From contig OY253677.1 in assembly GCA_958009085.1 (NCBI GenBank), positions 930,001 through 994,000 of the forward strand: a DNA stretch of 64,000 nucleotides, written 5' to 3'. Positions 1-13,300 of the stretch are shown here, in pieces. The notes under the pieces are model-generated. The model saw only the letters and a list, made by a program, of their open reading frames with translations. It ran no database searches and was not told the DNA's origin. Made by a program: the position numbers and the translations under genes. Every line of letters begins with the position of its first letter. The stretch's first letter is position 1. Origin of the DNA: Protoeuglena noctilucae. Taxonomy: Eukaryota.

Positions 1-628
1 CTGGCAATGGCGTCCCATCCGCTCGCGACGCGCAGGACAGTGCGGCGAGCGTGGCGTGGCACCCCCGAAAGGGCACCCTGGCCATCGCGGCACGCCTCAG
101 CAAGAAGCTGCTGGTGGCGACACCCACGGACGAACCACCCAAGGAGCGGGCGGCGTCGGGGGGGCAGGCGAGGGGGCTCTCTCGTGTGCGAAAACATGGA
201 GCTGCCTCGCATGCGTGGCTGGCTGTGAGTGCCCAGCCCTATCTGTGCCCCGTTTCACTGGACCCACAGTTCCTTACCCCCATGTGCAGGCCGCCAACGC
301 CGAGCCCGCGCGCCCCTTCGCCTCCCTCCTCCACCGCGCCCTCGACGCCCCTCCCTTCGACCCGTACCGCCGCCCTCCCCCCCGCGACCACCCCTTCATG
401 CCCGCGGCCGCACGCCCCCTCGACCGCTACGCCCCGCCCGCCGCGCCCGTGCCCCCCAGCCGGCGCGGCTTCCCCGACGGGCGATTCGTGGGGGACCCCG
501 CCTACGCCCGGGGCCCGCCGCCGGGGATGTACGCGGGGGGAGGGGGCCACGTCATGCCGCCCAGCCGGGGGGGCGCCATGCCGGGGGCGGGCATGTACGG
601 CTCAGGGCCGCCGCGGCAGATGCGATGA
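1..628 (+). CDS. 3' end of a probable WD40-repeat protein with a Pro/Gly-rich C-terminal tail (partial, spliced)
   Basis: Exon ~36-167 reads DSAASVAWHPRKGTLAIAA (WD40-like 'VAWHP'). A GC-AG intron (168-289) joins it in frame to a P/G/M/Y-rich tail ending in TGA at 628. Confidence 0.45.
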   Translation, partial: WQWRPIRSRRAGQCGERGVAPPKGHPGHRGTPQQEAAGGDTHGRTTQGAGGVGGAGEGALSCAKTWSCLACVAGCECPALSVPRFTGPTVPYPHVQAANAEPARPFASLLHRALDAPPFDPYRRPPPRDHPFMPAAARPLDRYAPPAAPVPPSRRGFPDGRFVGDPAYARGPPPGMYAGGGGHVMPPSRGGAMPGAGMYGSGPPRQMR

Positions 629-719
629 GAGTATGTGTGTGTATGCGTGACGATGTAGGCATATGCACTTTCAACCCATGTGTTTCGTCACAAGTGCCTT
701 GCGTTGAACGACCACTGAA

Positions 720-2796
720 TCACTCGTCGGCATGGGGTGCTTCGGACTGCGTGACTCCCGCTGCCTCGAAGATCTGGTTGAGGACCGTGGCGAAGAACTG
801 GTCGAACTCGTCGGCCGGCTTCTGTTTCTCGAACATCCTGGGAGCAGATGAGAGAGTGAGAAGAAGTGGGCACGTGGGGTGAGTAGGGATAAAGCCAGAG
901 CCGTGGTTCCCAGAAAGGCAGATCCGGCCTCACCGGTATGCGATGGCGACGATAAATCGCTCGAACATGGGCTCGTCCACCGCCACGGGCGTCGGCATGA
1001 GGGTCATCTGCGTCACGTCGGGGTCGGACCCGCTGCTCCCGTCCGCCCCCGCGGCCGCGAAGAGGAAGCAGAGCACGACGTCGTTGGCGGGGACCATGGC
1101 CGGCACGATGCCCCACCGCTGGAGGTGCGTGAGGAGGTAGCGCACCTCCACGCGGGCCACGCCGTCCGAGGAGCGGACGCGCTTGAGCTGCGGGTGGGGG
1201 TCGATGCGGGGGAGGTGGGAGAGGGTAAAAGGGATGGTGGGTGAAGCATCTGCGTTACGGAAGCGACGGGTCTAGCGAAGGCATTGCCCCCGTCCCTTGC
1301 CTGCACGCTGGCGAGGGTCTGGGCCAGGAGCTCCCTTGCCCGCGCGACCCAGGCCTGGACCTTGGGGACCCACGCGGGCCGGAAGTGGTCGATGTCCTTG
1401 TTGACCTTGGGCACCACGTGCGGCATCAGGTGGTCCAGGACCAGGCGCCGCAGACGCAGGGGCAGGGGCTCCGTGGCATGCGGGTCGTCCTCCATGAACT
1501 GGGGGGGAGAACAGACGAGTGCATTGAGTTTCATTGGCCTTTATGACCATGACCTTCTCGTATACGCAACAGCTGTCGACCAGCACAGTCCGAGGAGCCT
1601 GACTGCCAATGCCGAGTGTGCAGGCTCTGCCCCCCTTCCCTCCCCCATCCCTCGCCTTCTCGCCCGCCATGACGACCAGGACGAGCATGAAGTCTCGCAG
1701 GTCGGCCTCCGTGACGGGCGCGCGCCCCTTGGCCTCCCTGGCCCGGGGGGAGCTGGACACCACGCGCTGGAAGACGGCGTCGGCGCGCTGGGAGTGGAAG
1801 GCCTCGGTAATGACCTTGGCGTCGCGGCAGAACATGTGGAAGTTGGAGGGGTTGAGGTAGTCGACATGGAGGGAGACGCTGCGGGCGAGAGGTGGGGCTG
1901 GCATGCGGGCTGCCTCTGCCCATCTCACCACACCCCTGCGACCCTGTCCCGCTCTGATCCCGTCACCTGTCGCTGCCCCCGGCCTCCCCGGCCACCGTGT
2001 AGTAGACGAACAGGCCCTGAATCATCCCGGCGAAGTCCTGCAAGGGTAGCATGGAGGCAGAAGTTACTGCCCCATCCACTGGGGCACCACAAGGTGTCAG
2101 CAGCACCACTGGTCAAAGCGCCTGCTTCCCACGCAACAAAGCGCCACTTGGTCCACCACCGGCTCGCCTGCAGGACGCTCTTCACTTCCGCCAGCTGCTG
2201 CGTCTTGCCCGCCCCGTGGTCCTCCTCCCCCCCGACGATGAGGTAGTCGAGCCCCTCTGCGCCCAGGTCCATCCCCGTCAGCCATTCGTCATACCGTGGC
2301 AAGACCAGCTGCCCGTCTGACCACTTGAACGGGGGCGTCTTGGGGCGACCGTCCCACGGCACCCGGAACTGCTGCGGGCCGGGGCCGAACTCCACGAACA
2401 CCTCGTCCCCGTTCTCGAGCATCTCGTTCAGAACCACGTCGCCGTCCATGGGGACCCCGTCGCGCGTCAGCACACTCTGCAAAGGGCGGGACTCATGGGC
2501 TGTCGCGTTCTCCGCCCGTTGCCCATTGCTCTGGTTCTCCGGAAGCCACCAAAGGCACTATGCAGAGGGTACACACATTGCAGCGCACGCAACGGCTGCC
2601 CGGCGCGGCCCCGCGCGCCGCTCGCCTGGGGCACATGTGTGCCGAGCAGGCCCTTGGTGTCGTAGGCCATGCGCGCGCAGGCCGTGACGCCCAGCCACCG
2701 GACGAGCTGCTCCCCCGATCCGCAATATATCTCCAGCGTGTGCTTGACGGCGTTGAGGGACGACCCCACGGATATCATGTGCACGATGACCCGCAT
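720..2796 (-). CDS. Uncharacterised multi-exon protein with an N-terminal Par3/HAL-N (PB1-like) domain
   Basis: The spliced N-terminus MRVIVHM...CGSGEQLVRWLGVTACARM...MDGDVVLNEMLENGDEVFVEF resembles the HAL/Par3 N-terminal domain (from memory). Exons are strongly codon-biased. The last exon FEKQKPADEFDQFFATVLNQIFEAAG ends in TGA at 720. Confidence 0.6.
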
Positions 2797-3335
2797 CTCT
2801 GCTGCGGCGGGGCCCTCCCCCTCCCGCCGCGGCAGACGCCAGCTATCCCGGACTACGTGCCAGCGGACCTAAATCAGCGCAGCGCCGGGACACCCTTTTT
2901 GTCGAAAAGGGTGAAGAAGACGTCTCGCAGACGGCAAGCAAGGCCGAGAATGGGTGTGACAGTGCTTGTGTCGGGGCGATGCGTGCGAGAGATGCTAACC
3001 ATGGAAGATGAGACGGGCAGGCTTGCGAAGACTCAAGAGAAGTGAAATCTTTGCGCCAGTGGGGATGTCCGCCGATGCAAGCCACGTGCGCATGTCCCCG
3101 ATACCCCCACGCATCCACACATATGCGAGGAGCCTGCGGTCGCCACAGAGGTCGGCTGTCTGACCCTGGTCCTGACCCGCGAAACCTGAGGGCGACCTTC
3201 GTCCAAGGCAGTCGTTGGATGCCCTCGATTCTGAGAACGCCAGTCTTCAGAGGATTCAAGCAGCGCACTGCGTCCACTGACCCAGCCTGTGTGCGCCCCG
3301 TCGCCCCTCGGGCAGACCGTCGCTTGGTTGTGGCC

Positions 3336-5376
3336 ATGGGAATCAAGGCGAGGCGTCTCTTGGTCTGTGCGGTTATGTTCGCGATTCGTTGCTTGATATT
3401 GAAACCAACCAGGGCCTGTGGGCCACCTGCGGCCGACGCCCGCGCCGGGAAACCCGCGCCCGCTTTGCCACAGCGTGTTCGGTCCGCGCCGGCCCCTGCG
3501 CTCGCTCCGCGTGACATCCACCCTCCCTGGTGGATGTCACCTCAGCTGCTTTACTTCCGCAGGGCCTAGCGAAGCTTATCGGGGACGCGGCCCCCCAGGC
3601 CGTGAAGGACGTCAGGTTTGAGCAGTACTTTGGCCGCAAGGTCGCCATCGACGCCTCGATGCACATTTACCAGTTCATGGCTGTGGTGGGGCGCACGGGG
3701 GATCAAGTGCTGACGAATGAGGTCGGTGGGCGCGGCGAGGCAGATGCTCGGGCCTTGGCGGGGCGGCGCCTGGGTCCGCACGAACACTTGCCCCTCCCCT
3801 CCTCGCCAGGCCGGAGAGATCACGGCGCACCTCACCGGAATGTTCTACCGGACGCTGCGGATGCTGGAGGCGGGCATCAAGCCCCTGTACGTGTTCGACG
3901 GCAAGGCCCCGGAGCTGAAGAGCGGGGAGCTGGCCAAACGGAGGGAGAAGCGGGCGGAGGCGGAGGCGGAGCTGGCAAACGCCAAGGTGAGGCGGAAAAC
4001 CCATGCGGAGGCGGGCATGGCTCGACGGATGGTGCCCAGATTGACCCGGGGTGGTGGTCGGGGCGTCTTGTAGGTGGCTTTCGGTTGTCGCTGCAGGAGC
4101 AAGGCGACGACGAGGCCATTGAGCGGTACGCCAAGCGCAACCTGCGCGTGACGAGGGAGCACAACGAGGAGTGCAAGCGTCTGCTGCGGCTCATGGGTGC
4201 GGGTCTCGTGCAGGATGTGTTGCAAAGGGTGTGTTCTCTGGTAGCAGCGCTAAGCCCGTCTCTGTCCCTTCCCATCTTCTGCAGGGGTGCCGGTGATCGA
4301 CGCCCCCTCCGAGGCCGAGGCGCAGTGCGCAGAGTTCGTGCGGCAGGGGCTGGTGTACGCGGCAGCCACGGAGGACATGGACTGCCTGACGTTCGGTGAG
4401 TGGGGAGGGGTAGGCATCGAGGTAGTGGTGGGATGTTGTGAGTGATGCCGGGAGTGTGTTACAGGGTGCTTCCAGTACCCTGCACATCCCCACCTGCTGG
4501 CGCGCGAGCCCTGCCCATCAACGACCCCCTGGCCCCCACGTCTCAGGCACCCCCCTCCTCTGCCGCCACATGATGGCCCCCGCGAGCAAGGACGCCGCCG
4601 TGGTGGAGATCTCCCAGCCCGAGGTCCTCAGCGGCCTGGGCCTGACGCAGGCGGAGTTCGTGGACCTGTGCATCCTGTGCGGGTGCGACTACTGCCCCAC
4701 GATTCCCAAGCTGGGCCCCAAGACGGCGCTGAACCTCATCAAGGAGCACCGCTCCATCGACGAGATCCTCCGCCACCTCGACCGCGACCGCTACCCCGTC
4801 CCGGAGGACTTCCCCTATGCTGAGGCCCGGCGCCTGTTCCTGGAGCCAGACGTGCAGCGGGAGGGGCTGGGGGAGGTGCTCAAGTGGGGGGCACCCGACG
4901 AGGAGGGGCTCGTGGCCTTTCTGGTCAACGAGAAGTCCTTCCAGGAGGAGAGGCGAGAGGCCGGAGGGGGCGGCCATGTGTGGCGTCGCGTCACTGAGCT
5001 CGCTCAGCCGTGCGCGTATCATGCGTCACCCAACATGCATGGCCGTGCTTGCGTGTGACATGCGTCTTCTCCCACCTGCCCTCCCCAGGGTTCGCAAGGG
5101 CGTGCAGCGCATCCGGGAGCAAGGGCAAGGCGGCGCAGGGACGCCTGGAGTCCTTTTTCGGCCCCGTCACAGTGACCAAGAAGGCGGCCAAGGAGGGGGA
5201 GGGGAAGGGGAAGAAGGGAGCGGGGTGAGTGGGCACGGCTGGGGCAGGCGCGTGCGTCGGGCAGTGGCCGCGGCGGCACAGCAACACTGGCAAAGCGTGG
5301 CGATCGCAGGGCCAAGGCCGCGCCCAAGAAGGGAGGGGTGATCGGGGGCGTGGGGGGCAAGAAGAAGGCTAAGTGA
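3336..5376 (+). CDS. FEN1: Flap endonuclease 1
   Basis: [12 protein letters not shown]..., [78 protein letters not shown] box QGRLESFF, basic tail. 7 introns. Apparent frameshift near 5117. Confidence 0.96.
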
Positions 5377-5481
5377 GCTTCAGGACAAAGGAGAGGGGCG
5401 TCCGCATGGCGCTCCATGAGCCTCGCGGTTGCGGCTGCCTCGATCGAGCGTCTAGGAAGCGCCAAGCGTTGAACTGCAGCG

Positions 5482-6897
5482 CTACCCCTTGCCGCCTCCA
5501 CCGAGCTCCCCCAGCGCCTCCCGTACCCCGCGGATGCCCCGCGTCAGTGGCGACTGCGCCGCCACCGCGTTGACTAGCGCAAACTCCACGTCCTCCTGGG
5601 CAGGGCGACGGGTCATGCGCCCCACCTGCACGAAGCGATCCCCCGACCTGGTGAAGATGCGCCAGGGCGCCGCGTCTGCGGGCGTGGACGGGGTGGATGC
5701 TCCTTAAGCCCTGACGGTCCCTGGCTGCGCTGCGCTGTGCCGCCCGGTGGCCGCAGCCTCACCCGGCGCCACATCCGCGGCATACTTGAGGACCGCACCC
5801 TCCTGCTTGACCACGAACATCTGCACCTGGAGCGGCTGCGTGGCGAGACGGGCAACGCGCGGGTCACGGAGCTGTGCACACGAAGAGGTGCCCGATGAAC
5901 GTGGCGAACAGCGACCATGGCACCTGGTACGCGTAAACGGTCTTAAATGGCCGCACCAGGGCCCTGCTGGCCGCGGGCAGCATGGCAGGGTCCCACTCGG
6001 CATTGACGAGCACGGCCGCGCTGCTCGATCCCCGCAGCAGCTCGTCGAGGGCGCCGATCTGCGAGGGCCTGCGGGGCGAGCCAGAGGGCCTGTAGGTCAC
6101 GACCGCCCGTAGAAAGCGACGTGCGGGGCGGCAGCGCGTAGGCGGGCGGGGGAGGCGCACGGGACTGCACACCTGGCCCCTACGATGAAGAGGAGACGCG
6201 ACCCAGGGGCATCGAGCGTGTCGAAAGACCGCACCGAGTCCTTCCCCAAAGCCGTCCGGAACTGCTCGAAGTCGTCGCCGCAGTAGACGACTGCGCGTGC
6301 GTCGCGGCGAACAGGATCGACCCACAGGCCAGGTGCATCCGCACACCGGGGCCGCGCAAGCCATACGAGCGTCTCACCCAGAGGCTCTTCCATGTCACGC
6401 AGCAGATCACGCATTAGCTCGGCCATCGCCGCCGCCGACTGGTCGCGCACGGGCACTTCGATGGCGACCCGGCAAACGGCCGTCGGCCTGAAGCCCTTCT
6501 TGGCTTTTCTTCCCCCAGACCTGGCAAGCGTGACGCGAAGGAAACAAGGTGTCATCGAAGGGCTCGGGGTCGTTGTATCGTCACGTCTCCGGCGCAGCAG
6601 TCCTCACTTGAGCGCATGGAGAAGGGCCGTGCGAGCCTGCTCCACGCATTCGTCGCGCGTGCTCGGAGGATCCGCAGAGTCGCTGAGAGCGCGACATGCG
6701 AGACTCCTACGGAACCAGAGCCGCTGAGGCGGCTGAGAGGTCGAGGGCTGGGAGCCAAAAGACGCCCCTTCCTGAGATGGCCGCCGCAGCGAAGCTTTGT
6801 CGGCGTAAGTCAGGCACAGTGGAGGCCGTGGGCTTTCTGTTACATGAGACAGGGCGATAGGGGCAGGGAACCGGCACGTTTGGCGCAGTGGCGTCAT
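5482..6897 (-). CDS. DUF1995-family protein, probably plastid-targeted
   Basis: S/R/P-rich transit-like N-terminus, then PPSTRDECVEQARTALLHAL, RVAIEVP, VLVNAEW, FKTVYAYQ, GAVLK...PWRIF...RRP, matching the DUF1995 motif order. Stop TAG at 5482. Start uncertain. Confidence 0.65.
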
Positions 6898-7309
6898 CGC
6901 GACGCCACCGGCCATCCTATCCACTCAGGTGGCAGGGTCTTTTCAAGGCTTCCGTCACGCGAGTGGGACGGCTCAATGATGCAGACACACACAGTCATGA
7001 CAATCGAAGGAAGGGGAGCTGAAAACCCTTGGGCCCTCCCTCTCTGACATTGTACCGGCGTGTCGTCCTGCACAGCCGGTGACACTAAGCAACAGCGAAT
7101 AAAACACGCGACAACGCGAACGGACTGCCGGACCTACCCACCCCGCCCAGGCAGGTCTCTGGCCCCGAATGCCTCTAGCACACCCCCAGGGCACAGGGGT
7201 GCCCGCTCCCTCAACTGCGACAGTAGCCCTGTGGACGCAACGCAACGTCACAGGTCATTGCAAAGGATAACTTAGCGTCAGCCAGCGTGTCCCACGCCGT
7301 GCTGACCCA

Positions 7310-10300
7310 TCACGAACCTGGTCCACCGCGAAGGCCCGCAAAGGCAACGTCCGATGGCCGCGGCCACCCCTCCAGGACCCCCAGCGCTCGCACCGCTGCA
7401 TCACCGTGTCCGTTGCCCCGGGCCCATGCGAGGGCCCGGGCGCGGACCCCGCCCTTCTCCCACGTCTCTGCCGCGATAGCCACCACAGCCTCGGCGACGG
7501 CCCTAGGCATGAGAGGCCTGAACTGCGGCATGCCGGTCTCTTGTGCCAGAACGTCACCCAGCTCCTCCGCAGCCCCGTCCGTCGATGAAGCGATGCCGGG
7601 TGGAAGGGACCCCTGGCTGTCCCAGACCCGAGCCCCTAAGGGTGCACTCCCCTCAGCCGAACGCACTGCGTGTGCTGCCGCCAAGTGAGGGCCCTCATGC
7701 CACGCACGAGCCAGGGCGACTGTAGCAAGGGCCCAGAAAGGCGCAACCTCTCCTTGAAGAAAAGCGGCGGCCGCCTGGGCTGCCGCCGCCAGGGCCGGCT
7801 TTGCCTGGGGAATTCCCCGCGACAGGCACTCGAAGAGCGGCTCTGCCAGTGCCGCCTGGGACGGTCCCAGCGTCGCCAGGGCCCGCAGAGATGGGCTCCG
7901 TGCCAGAGACTGCGTCAGGGTAGTTAGCCCTCCCGCCCCGTTGCCGCTGAGTTTCGCAACCAAAGCACCGCTCTCCACCGACGCGCCAAATCCCATCAGG
8001 CTCTTCTGACTGGTTACCAGCCCCACACATCCTGCCAGTGCAGCTTGGGGCCCAAGGCATTCGGACAAACATACACTCAGCCGGGGAGGGGCATTAGCGG
8101 ATGCCAGAATGGACCTGACGCCGTTGGGGTCCTCGGAGTACGGAAGTGCGGCGGGGCGCCTTTTTACAAACAGGGCCCCACGCTTGGACACTGCACGAAT
8201 AGCATCGCCTTCGAGAGAGTAGCCGTGGTACCGGAGCCCACATACAGTGATGCGGGCGCATGCAGATACCGGCGGGAGTAGCAGAGGCGCCATGAAGAGA
8301 CGCTCGACGGTATCCCGTGGCTCCGACACCCGTGAGAGTCTGAGGGAGGGGAATGGGCACAAGCAGCATAAATTAAATGATAGCATAATATTCACGACTA
8401 CGCAGCGTTCTTTTCGGAGGGTTGCGTACCTGAGGTCCCCGTCCCCAGACTTGTCGTGCTGTGTGAAGGCCACGCGCACTGGCACACGCACCAAGGCACC
8501 GGACTCGACGTCGATAGCCACCAATGCACGTGGCTCCGAGGCTAGCACGTACATGTGCCTGAGAGGGAAGGCGGCGTCCATGAGTGTCTCTACACTGAGA
8601 GATAACACAGCACACAGGCAGAGGCAGGCTAAATGTACCTGAGGAGCTGCGGGATGTGGCGGTTGTCCGCTGGATCCCAGGCGTAGTTCGGGTACAGCGC
8701 CATGAACAGGTAGGCCACCGCAGAGGGTGCGTTGGAGAGGCTCCCGGTGCCCCCGCTCAGGAACAGAAGACCAAGAGCCTGGCTCGCTGCCATGCTGTTG
8801 CCGTATCCCAACGTACCCCGCACAAGGATGGGACCCTCCGCGCCTGCTCCCGGAAGGACGGACATGTGGCGGCGGCGAAGAAGGGCACGGACTGCAACGT
8901 AAGACGACGCCAGAAGTAAACAGATATTTATTTCCATTTAGCGCAGTCGGCATGCAGGTTAAGGTTGCAACTAAAGAGAATGCATGCTGCACAATGCCCC
9001 CAGTCACCTAGACGCATGGCCCGCACATCCCCCGACCCCGCCAAGACGCAGCAGGCAGATTGCATGACCGTGCACAAGGCGGACTCCAGGTCTTGCTTTG
9101 ACACCAGCTGCCGGGGGGCTCGCCCCGGGCCTGGCTCCGGGAGGGATGCCTTGAGTGCCAAGAGTTTCTCCGCGAGGTCCAGCAGTGTCGACGCTGCAGA
9201 CGAGTCTTGTGTCCCCGCGTACCGCAGCCCCATGCCAAGTGCCAGACCGGCGAGAAGGTGGACGTGTGCCGACGCACGAGACTGGCCGTCACCAACTGGG
9301 AGCGCCGCCCACTCCTTGACGAGGTCTGGCAATGACCCCCGCAGGAACTCCGGCATCTGGTTCTGGAGCCAGGCGTGAGAGGTCCCCACGGAGTCCCAGA
9401 GGACGAGACAACGCGCTGTCGCACGGAGCATGGCATGGTCCGGCCTGCGTGCGAAGCATACGTTGAACGTCAACAGACGTCAAAAGACAGGGCGATGGAC
9501 AAAAAAGACTTGATGTAACTAAAATTTTGCTCTTGCCGGATCACGCGTAGCAGATACGGCCGGGAGGGGAGAGCGAGCTGGGCAGCAGCCGCGGTGTCGT
9601 TCGTCCCCAGGAATGCCAGAGCCATCGCGACGGTTGCAGCAGGGGATACGACGTCAATGTCGGGAAGAGACCCAACGAACGTGGTCGAAGAGGCCCGCGG
9701 CCTGCAGAGGAAACGGACCATGCTGCTCGATGCGTCACCGTCACAGCCGACGCCCAGCCATTCGGTGCAACGCAACGTCCTCACCTGGCACGGGCGTCTG
9801 GCGGGGCTTCTTGGATCCCCACGTTCACCATCGCACCCAGCTGCTCGTCGAGCCTCAGGTCCGACAGGCCCGGCGTCTCCCTGCCCATCCCAAGGACGAC
9901 GAGACCGAGGGCGAACCCCCCGCAGAGAGCGTAAGCCTCTCGCCCGTCCACAGGCACGCCATTCGCCGGGCCCGCAAGGTGCGGCTCCCAAGGCGGTGGC
10001 CGTATAGCGGACAGCATTTGCTCCACGACGAGGCGGTGCCCTGTGCCTTGGTAGAGGAGCCCGACACCAAGCAGGGCGCAGGACTGGACCAAGGGGTGCA
10101 CCTCGATGTCGGGAAACCCCTGCGAGGGAGGAAGCACAGCAGGTTGTTGCGAACCGGCTGTCACGACAGCGGACCGCGAACTATGTCTGTCCAGCGCACC
10201 TCCGTCTGCTGGGCTGGCGAATGCAAGAACATCATACGCGAGGCGGCTGGGTCCATGGAGCCCCGCTTGGCGGCAGCCGTGCCAAGCAAGACGGCCGCAG

Positions 10301-13300
10301 TGGTGGGAACGTGCTCCCATCTGCGACAGGCGGGGCAAAGCGCCGCTTTGGGCAGGGTGCATGGTGTGTCATTCGTGGTTCTGGCAATGCAGATTGCAGA
10401 GGCTGCATACCTGAGAAGCTCGTAAAGGTCCGGCATCGACAAGGCTGCAAGATGCCCCGACAGGCCCATGGCGAACAGAAGCCCGGCGTGACCAGAGGTG
10501 GGCTCCCTCGGGGCGTGGTAGGCGACCCAGGCGCGTGACGCGGCATCCGCGTTGCCCGGCCGCACCCGCAGCCCCGCTGCGCATCCGTTGTGAAAGAGGG
10601 GCCAGTCGGTAAGATAAGCCGCCACACTGTCGCTCGCTGGAAGGTTGTTGACCATGCTTGGAGCATGAATGTCCAACGCAACGACTGCACCCTTTTGAGA
10701 GGGTAGCCGGCCCGAGATGACGAGCTCAGGGACGGGGAGAGGCTCCGACGAACTGCGCAGGACAGAGCATGGTACCTGTATGTAACATTCTCAGGCAGAG
10801 TTTTAACTTGCCAGCGCGCACTGAATGGTGGCCACCTCGCCTTGCAGCTGCCGTGTGCAGAGTAAGGGCACCACGACCGACAGGGAGGGCGAGTGTTCGA
10901 CGCGACATGGCCCACAGGCAGAGCTGGATGTCGCGGGAAGCCTCGCCCGTCCTGGAGCCCGCCCTAGGCGGCCGGATGTCGCGGGGCTTGGAGCTGTCAA
11001 GAAGCGAGCATGCCTCCCCAAGACGTGCATCGCTCGGAAAACGCATGCGAAACAGCAAGCTGTCGAGGCCCTCCGTCCCAGACACATGCCCACCGGTTAA
11101 AGATGGCGCGTGCCGTGCTTCATTTACTCCCATAGACACCGTGCCTGGGGCGCCGGCCCGTCCCAACGCAGCAGCAACGTCGAAGAGCGCCGGGGAGGCC
11201 CATGCCTGTAAGGCGTGCACCACCACAAGAGCGTCTTCCGGGGCAGCACGGCCGCCCTTGTCGAGGGTGAGTCCATCCACCGTGCCTGCCTCGCTCCCCA
11301 AAGCACTCCCGCTCGCCTCGGCCCAAACCGTTGCTGCGACGTCCTCCCTCTGCAAATTGATACGCAGGAGGCCATCGAGCAACGCAACGGAGCTAAAACG
11401 CGCGCGCAGCTCCGAGACACATCGTACCTGCATAAGCACATACGCCGCAGGGTCAAGATTATGGGGCGGCTTGGCGGACAGGCGTTGAAAGGAGTCCAGC
11501 AAGGGAAGCGTTGCGCCTGGCGCCAGTGCATTTAGGTCGGTTGGACTCCAGCCCTCTCGTATCAGGTGTGCCACGAGGCGTGTGTCCGCGACCCTGTAAA
11601 TGAAAGACGTGGCTGTGCTGACGAGTCTTCGCTTGCCAGCTGTGCATCCCACACACAGCCACTCGGCTTGCCTGAGTGACCGAGAAAGGGCTTCCACGTA
11701 TCCGCCCGGGGATGACGGCGTCTCAGCTCCGGAGGCCACTTCTTTTGCCGTGCGTCGAAGCTTCGACACGATCAGTGCACCACCATTATAAAGCTCTTGG
11801 TGCGCTTTTGCCAGCCGTGCTGCAAGAGCCAAGGCAGGCGGCCACCCGTGCTCCAAACGCTGACCCGCATTCGCCAGGGGGTCCAGACATAGTCGCAGCA
11901 GTGCAGGAAGATGTGCAGACCACCCATCGTCACCACGGAGACACAGCCGCATGGCCGTCAGCAGGGAGCCCTGCTCGGCGCGCACAGCTGCAAGTGGCAG
12001 GTAGGAGTCAGCAGCACCGGCTTGCGAGCCCTGCAAAGAGAGGGGGGACTAATAAATGGATATCATTAGTGGAGTGTAGACGGCGGTCGAACCCGGCGCC
12101 GCCACCATGCCTACCTGGGTTAGCGACTCGTATGCATCTCCCAGCATGCCGAGGCCGCAGCTATCGAAGAGCCAGCACAGATAGCGGCCAACTGCCTCCC
12201 CTCGCTGGAAAGTCAGTGCACCCACACCGTAGGCTTCTCGCAGCGCATGCAACGCCTGGACCACCACCACTAGGTGAGGGACGTTGAGTTGCAAGCAACT
12301 GCCGTCTCCCTTATGATCCATCGGATTACTCTCCCCAACTAACCGTTCATTCCCCGCCATTCGTTCCCATGCCGTTAGCCCCGTTGCGGAGGGGCTCGGC
12401 CGCCACACGGCTGTGCTCGGTGCGCCCACCGCCGCCGCGAGCGCCGTGCCCAGCTCTTGCGATACCGCTGATCGTGATGCTCCTGCCGTCCCGACACGTG
12501 CAGAGTCCCCCAACACACGCAAGAAAGAATTGGATGACAGCAGAGCGCCAGCTGCAACGCTGTGCAGGCTTCGCGCGGCCAGTGCAGCCTCTTGCCCCAG
12601 AAATCCCCACGCTGCGACGTTGCCGAGAGTACACACTGCGGCGGAAATTGGCATTGGCGCTCGTAATACGGACAAAGCTCGAAGTGCCATTACAAGCCTG
12701 CGCAACCCAAGTCGCACCTATGTCTTCCTGCACCTCGTTCTCCACCTCTGGTGCGACTTCTAGGACTTGTGATGAGAGCCGAGTCCACCACTTGAACCCG
12801 GCCTGGCTCTTCGCCAACAACAGGCGGCGCGGGCCCACGCTCACAAGTGAAAGGCTGCGGGGGGTGGGCACGACGGCATAACATGTGCACAGGTTTCTTT
12901 TTAGAACTGAGAAACACGTGAATAACGGCTCACCCGCCCGCGACACTTGCTGGGGACTCTGAAGGCGACGCTTCGATGGGGTGTGATGCAGGCGTCACTG
13001 ATGCGACGCCGGCCTTCCGGTGGTTGTCCTCAGCCATGTTGTCCTCATCGCTGTCGCCTTCGGAGATGGACATCGAGGTCACATAGCCGCAAGACGGCGA
13101 GAGCCTGGGGCCTGCCGTTGGCCTCGGGGGCGAATGGCTGGGTTGGTTAAGACCCTGAGGGCAAAGTGCAGTCACCATTTTGTCGCAAGCCCTGCAGGGA
13201 GATCGTCGTAGCCGGCACTGCACCCGACCTAACCATGCGCGACCCGTCCACACCTCTGCAAGCTTCGCAAGCGGTACGCACGCGACGCGAGAGGCGCCCA

